DNA from: an uncultured Candidatus Saccharibacteria bacterium
GTDB lineage: Bacteria; Patescibacteriota; Minisyncoccia; Phycocordibacterales; UBA9973
Direction: 5' to 3'
Assembly: GCA_964606295.1 (NCBI GenBank)
Contig: CAZSFR010000001.1
Coordinates: 56,504-120,503, forward strand
Length of the DNA stretch: 64,000 nucleotides
Shown here: positions 59,025-64,000 of the stretch, piece by piece
Numbering within the stretch: position 1 is the first letter of the stretch
How the letters are laid out: every line of letters begins with the position of its first letter
Translations under genes and position numbers: made by a program
Notes under the pieces: generated by a model
Databases searched by the model: none
Seen by the model: the letters and a program-made list of their open reading frames with translations, nothing else
Told to the model about the DNA's origin: nothing

Positions 59025-62000
59025 CTAAAAATTCCCCGTCATTATATATGTCAGATCTGTGGAGTATGTTCCAAATTCTGTGCCTGCCGCCATATTTGCA
59101 AGATACCGAATTGAATACGTAGTACTAAATCCATCTCCCTCTGTTTGAGTTGCAAAGGTATCGGCTGTAGTCGTGCCAGCATAGCCAAATCCTGCTCCAC
59201 TGTAAGTCGCATCAACTGCATCATAATAAGATACCCCAGAGAGGCTAGCACGGGCGCCGAATTGTTCGGTGCCTGTACTCGAAGCTGTATTTGTAGAGCC
59301 TATCTCATCTATTGTATCGCCTCCACTCGTCAAAGTATTTCCCGAAACTGTTATTGTATAACCTCCAGACGCACTCGTTGATCCGGTCATAGTATGCGCT
59401 TCTACTTCTGATGCGCTTCCCGTTGTATCGTCTGTCGCATACCTAGCAAGAGATGCGTCAAGTGATCCAAATCCAATAGTCGTATCAGATATCGCAAAAG
59501 AAATAGTTCTATCTTCTGGCTCAACCCACTGGATGCCTATCATCGCAAAGTCCCATTGGTTTACAGAATTACTAGCTGCGCCACCATCGACAGAAGTTCG
59601 AAGTCGATACCATGCCTCATCCCCTCCAGTGCTCACCAAATCTTCTGGATTTGTCATATAGCCGGCCATACCTCCAGAGGTATTTGTGGCCACTGTTATA
59701 TTGTCGGTATATACGAGGGCGGTAGTCGCCGACGCACCGAGTGCAATAAATCCTCCGATCGTAGCGGCAGCCGTGTTGTACCCCGAATAGTCCGCAATAC
59801 CGAGAGCAACTGTGCCGGCAACACCAGATAAAAATGAACTCGCAAAAAATATTCCTGTGATAGATCCATATGTTGGCTCTCCCATACTAAACTTCGTATG
59901 TGTTCCTGCCCCTTCTTCGTTGATTGTCGCGTCCATATCGACATCGAATGCATAGAAATCAAAAGCTGCGCCAGTCCCCCTGTTTGTAGATTCATTTTCA
60001 GTTGTTATCGTCCAAGCTGTTCCGTTATTTGTTGCACCTTCCAAGTTTACCGTACGCGTGGCAGTACAGTCATTTGTCGCAACTGTTCCAAACGATATAA
60101 AACACTTTGTTGCCCCATCATCAGAATTGGTTGTACCGAACATGAGATATGCCATGTCTATCTGTATCGCACCTGTGTCTGCTCCTGACGAGCGATAGAA
60201 TCGGAGCCTCGCTTCCCCTTCTGATACATAATCATCCATGGTGATGTTGTTTACCGCTCCAATACGGAACGTATCTGTCGTCGAACAAGATGCGATCTCA
60301 TTAATGATGTTCACCCACGCAGCTGTCGTAAAGTTATAAAGCGCCATTCTCACTTCCAGCGCAGTGCCTCCTACGGAACATGCAAATTCTGCGCGAGCAA
60401 GTATGGTATTCATACCAGGATACGTTTTTACATTTTTATACGATATATAACAATCGGGACCTCCAGTGGTACCGAGACACTGCAGGTCTATATTGTTCGA
60501 ACCCGCCTGCGTGACCGTATTTGCATTGGTGTAGTCGCCAGTAAAACTATTTGTAAGTGCTACAGCACCTGCTGGCTCATAGACTGGATTGATAACAGGA
60601 AAAATGCGCAGATAGTCAATCGCGAAGTTGCCCGCAGTTGTAGCGTTGGTCGTTGAATAATATCTAAAAAGGACACGCTTGTTCGCATCGGTTGTGACAA
60701 AATTGGTAAGTGGAGTGGAGATCGCTGTGTTTGAACCATTGGACCATTTGCCGTCATACACATTCCACGTATATGCTGTCGCTGTCGTTGGTGAAATAGT
60801 GGCGTCGCGTGAATTGAGTGTTCTCCACCCGCCTCCGGTGCAGTTTGCATCGGCCACATGGTCGACACTCGTCGTCGAAATCCAATCGCATATTTGTACC
60901 AACAGCACAGGTGCGGTCACGTCGGTGTCTATCTCTGACTGGACGATAATAGTATTCGCACCATTGAGCTTCACTCCATCGAGTTTTAGTTGGACATCAA
61001 TACCCGATGCTGTACCAGTAAGTTCCCAGTGTCTGTTGTCGTCTGCTGTTGTTCCTTTCCATGAACCGGTATTGGCACCGTTTGCTCCTGCTGCGATAAT
61101 ATTGTTTGCAGTAGTATCTGTTCCCGTAACGAGTGTTTGACCTGTAGGTATAAATGCATGGGTGACAGTTGGGTTGTAAGAATCCTCAACCCACTGTATC
61201 GATAGCATCACGAAATCCCACGCAGTTGTAGAGTTATCTGTCGTAGCACCTGAAGTAGATGTACGCAGGCGCATGTTCATAATGCCATCCACTGTATCGA
61301 CATAATTTTCTGGATTTAGTTGGAGTCCGTAGGCCAGTGCGCCCGTCGCAGACAGCGTATCTTGAAATGTTTGTGTCGTTGCGTTAACAGCAGAACCGAC
61401 ATCAGTCCAGCCACCAGTAATAGAAGTGAAACCAGAATAATCGTTAATACCATTTATCACTTGAGTTGTACCGATACTTCGAGATGTAGTACGACTAGCC
61501 CAATTGATACCAACAACTTGCGCATTTGCTGGCACGGTTATTGGTACTGATACATTTGCGGACACACCCTCTTCGGCTGTCACGTCTTGATCTGTGTCGA
61601 ACGGGTAAAATGAATTTGCTTCACCTGTTCCCATCGCTGCGGATTCGTCCTCGCCTGCGATATCGAACGACGTCGTAGATCCGTTTGTATCCATTCCGCG
61701 AGTATTCGTGCAGTTTGTCGCAGTTCCAGTTCCAAAAGAAATCTCACAGAGCGATGAGTCAGCGTTTACAGAGCCGAGCATTATGTACTGCCAGTCCAAT
61801 AGAATACCGTTGGTAATAGCAGAGGTACTTGCCCATCTGATACGAATCTCTCCATCTGAAATAAAGTCATTGAGAACAAATCCAGCATCCGAAACTGTGT
61901 TGTGTGCAATATAGTAACTCGTGTCCGTCGTTGAGCAGGTGATGTTCGCAGAGCCGAGTGCATCCCACGTTGACGTCGTGAAATCATAAATATAGGGCCT

Positions 62001-63032
62001 GATAGTTGGGGTACCGCTGTTGCAACTCACGGATGATGCGAGCATGATAGTGTTCATGCCAGTATATTGCTTCACATTTTTATATGACAAATAAAAATCA
62101 ACAACTTGAGAACTCGCGGCTACTCCCACACGGATGTTGTCGTTTGTGCCTACCGTCGTCACTGATGTAGCATTGTTTACCAGCGGAATCGAGTTTACAT
62201 ACACACCCACTTCTGCCCCGTCACCAGATACTTGATCGACATAATCCGCTGCATAATACACAGAATCTATATATGCAAATACGGTAAGGTAATCAATCGA
62301 TACAACAGATGTGGTATTTGTCGTTGAATAAAATCGGATTTTCAATTCACTGCTACTGTTTACAAAATTCGTAAGTGGAGTGTCGATAGGAGTGCCTGCA
62401 TCAGATGTTCCGTTAGAAAAAACACCATCGTATATTTGCCAGCGCAACTGGTCGTTTGCTGTATCTGTATACGCAACATCAGCATTGGCAGCTGTTTGTG
62501 TATTGATAGTACGCCATCCACCAGTTGTACAATTTGCATCTGCTACATTGTCGACGTTTGTCGAAGAAGTGAAGTCGCAGATCTGGAAAACCATACTAGG
62601 AACTGTCGCATCAAGGTCTATCTCAAGGCCTATATCTATTTTATTGGCACCATTTAGATTTACCCCTCCGACGGTCGTCACCAGTGAAATACCAGAGGCC
62701 GTAGAGGCAACAGTCCAATGAAAACTATCGTTACCTTGCATAGCTTGATATGAGCCGAGATTTGTACCTTCGACTGCTGCGATCGTCGCTGATGTCACTA
62801 TCTGTTCAGTACCCGTTTCCACAGTGGTAGCAGTAGGGAAAAATTGATACGTCGCAGCATCTGCTTTTGGGATATCTCGTACAATTTCTTTGCTCGAAGC
62901 AACACGAGAAAGTATTATCTCTGGAATACCACTGACTAAAAACAAAACTATCAAAACAAAAGATACAACTTTTTGAAATTCAATTGCACTTAGAGATTTC
63001 CTTATTTTATTTTTTAAAATTATAAAAAACAT
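59025..63032 (-). CDS. Large secreted adhesin-like protein: two ~560-aa repeats plus C-terminal WxL/pilin-like domain
   Basis: Signal/TM, ADA|A; repeats share QICD...DANCT.GGWRT.N and WDF.M..IQWVE; C-terminus GTYSTDLTYIMTGNF. Confidence 0.75.
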   Translation of the reverse strand: MFFIILKNKIRKSLSAIEFQKVVSFVLIVLFLVSGIPEIILSRVASSKEIVRDIPKADAATYQFFPTATTVETGTEQIVTSATIAAVEGTNLGSYQAMQGNDSFHWTVASTASGISLVTTVGGVNLNGANKIDIGLEIDLDATVPSMVFQICDFTSSTNVDNVADANCTTGGWRTINTQTAANADVAYTDTANDQLRWQIYDGVFSNGTSDAGTPIDTPLTNFVNSSSELKIRFYSTTNTTSVVSIDYLTVFAYIDSVYYAADYVDQVSGDGAEVGVYVNSIPLVNNATSVTTVGTNDNIRVGVAASSQVVDFYLSYKNVKQYTGMNTIMLASSVSCNSGTPTIRPYIYDFTTSTWDALGSANITCSTTDTSYYIAHNTVSDAGFVLNDFISDGEIRIRWASTSAITNGILLDWQYIMLGSVNADSSLCEISFGTGTATNCTNTRGMDTNGSTTSFDIAGEDESAAMGTGEANSFYPFDTDQDVTAEEGVSANVSVPITVPANAQVVGINWASRTTSRSIGTTQVINGINDYSGFTSITGGWTDVGSAVNATTQTFQDTLSATGALAYGLQLNPENYVDTVDGIMNMRLRTSTSGATTDNSTTAWDFVMLSIQWVEDSYNPTVTHAFIPTGQTLVTGTDTTANNIIAAGANGANTGSWKGTTADDNRHWELTGTASGIDVQLKLDGVKLNGANTIIVQSEIDTDVTAPVLLVQICDWISTTSVDHVADANCTGGGWRTLNSRDATISPTTATAYTWNVYDGKWSNGSNTAISTPLTNFVTTDANKRVLFRYYSTTNATTAGNFAIDYLRIFPVINPVYEPAGAVALTNSFTGDYTNANTVTQAGSNNIDLQCLGTTGGPDCYISYKNVKTYPGMNTILARAEFACSVGGTALEVRMALYNFTTAAWVNIINEIASCSTTDTFRIGAVNNITMDDYVSEGEARLRFYRSSGADTGAIQIDMAYLMFGTTNSDDGATKCFISFGTVATNDCTATRTVNLEGATNNGTAWTITTENESTNRGTGAAFDFYAFDVDMDATINEEGAGTHTKFSMGEPTYGSITGIFFASSFLSGVAGTVALGIADYSGYNTAAATIGGFIALGASATTALVYTDNITVATNTSGGMAGYMTNPEDLVSTGGDEAWYRLRTSVDGGAASNSVNQWDFAMIGIQWVEPEDRTISFAISDTTIGFGSLDASLARYATDDTTGSASEVEAHTMTGSTSASGGYTITVSGNTLTSGGDTIDEIGSTNTASSTGTEQFGARASLSGVSYYDAVDATYSGAGFGYAGTTTADTFATQTEGDGFSTTYSIRYLANMAAGTEFGTYSTDLTYIMTGNF

Positions 63033-63033
63033 T

Positions 63034-64000
63034 TTATTGTGTCAAAATATCTACGACTTCGAGTTGTTCATCATTTTTAATATCTTCATTGGCAGTAGTG
63101 TCAGTTTTCAATTGATTGAGCGCTTCTTCTTCCGCTATTTTCTCTTCGAGAGGGGTAACAATTTCAAGATTTGCTGGATCGATTGCAATCTCACTTACAT
63201 CTCCGTTTGGTTCCAAATATTTTACTTCAGATTCTAGAGAAGTACTAATACTTTGTGACGACATCCCTCCAGAAGCAGTATTGTATTGATTTATCGCAGT
63301 CTTATCTCGTGAAAGCCAGAAAATAATCGTGCCTGAAACATCAACAGGTGTTGCAATGTCTACAGTATCGCCTGATGCAACAAAATTCCATTCTAGTCCT
63401 TTTGCTCGTTCGGCTTGTATTTGTTCATCAGTATAGATTATAGGTATTACTCCAGGAACTATTTCTTCGGTAGTTGTAATAATAGGAATATTTTCATCGT
63501 CAAAATATTGTGTAGACTGCGGAATATTTTCATTTACAAAATTATTTATGATAATCACCCCTTCACCTGGTGTCGGCACAGAATCAAAATCAGACTGCGT
63601 ATTCTCTTCATTTATTTCTTGATCTTCAGAAGGAACTTCTTCATCAATATTCAAATCAAGTGACGATGATTCCGGATCTATATCAGTATTAGTATCAGTG
63701 TTGGCCTCAACCTCAGGCTCAGTAGAAGAATCCGAAGTGACACTGACTTCATCACCAGATGAGGACGAATCAGAAGTATCACCGCTCGTTTCAGTTGCTC
63801 CCTCTTCGGCATAGACTGGATGTAATCCAAATAATGATTTTATTTTATTTAAAACAGTCACTTCATTTGTCGAAGGTGTCACTATATCTTCTGTCACTGG
63901 AACCTCTTCTATGATTGGAGTAGGATCTTCTGTTATCGGATCCTCTTCTACGGCTGGGGCCGGATCTTCTGTCGTAACAGGAACATCTATCAAAATGTCT
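63034..64000 (-). CDS. Acidic Pro/Thr/Glu-rich surface protein (3' part; starts beyond the window)
   Basis: Open frame to window edge; low-complexity acidic linkers plus small folded region LEWNFVA...IIFWLSRD; 1 bp from next gene. Confidence 0.7.
   Translation of the reverse strand, partial: DILIDVPVTTEDPAPAVEEDPITEDPTPIIEEVPVTEDIVTPSTNEVTVLNKIKSLFGLHPVYAEEGATETSGDTSDSSSSGDEVSVTSDSSTEPEVEANTDTNTDIDPESSSLDLNIDEEVPSEDQEINEENTQSDFDSVPTPGEGVIIINNFVNENIPQSTQYFDDENIPIITTTEEIVPGVIPIIYTDEQIQAERAKGLEWNFVASGDTVDIATPVDVSGTIIFWLSRDKTAINQYNTASGGMSSQSISTSLESEVKYLEPNGDVSEIAIDPANLEIVTPLEEKIAEEEALNQLKTDTTANEDIKNDEQLEVVDILTQ

Overview
Mostly minus-strand chromosome segment that looks like a Patescibacteria/CPR (Parcubacteria-like) bacterium. 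That assignment is inferred from shortened AlaRS, AtpH and L13, a degenerate HolB, helicase-motif-less PriA, a PaaX-like regulator and a sigma4/HARE-HTH fusion. Housekeeping content: complete F0F1 atp operon with two orphan ORFs inserted, tRNA-Ile(GAT), dnaJ/dnaK/grpE, metK, the infA-rpmJ-rpsM-rpsK-rpsD-rpoA-rplQ-rplM-rpsI block, alaS, mnmA, mltG, typA, rseP, frr, mreB, pyrE/pyrF, priA, ybeY, ftsA/ftsZ and a TrxB/AhpF-like reductase. No CRISPR array, integrase or transposase was seen. Best candidate for an undescribed system is the 51.9-64 kb surface locus: a large repeat adhesin, two paralogous WxL/pilin-like subunits, a DUF916/PapD-like membrane protein, a dockerin protein and two membrane-anchored cohesins. 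The distribution of one beta-strand motif (D-x-V-x-I-T-A-T-V) across these genes fits an usher-less donor-strand fibre tethered by cohesin-dockerin binding. Other notable items: an intact tRNA-Ile nested inside a hairpin-fragmented copy of itself, an EamA/Cys-rich/unknown-protein/7TM-kinase cassette with a palindromic promoter site, a PyrE with a second PRT core nested in its loop, and widespread leaderless-type gene starts. All family calls come from motif recognition by eye; no searches were run.
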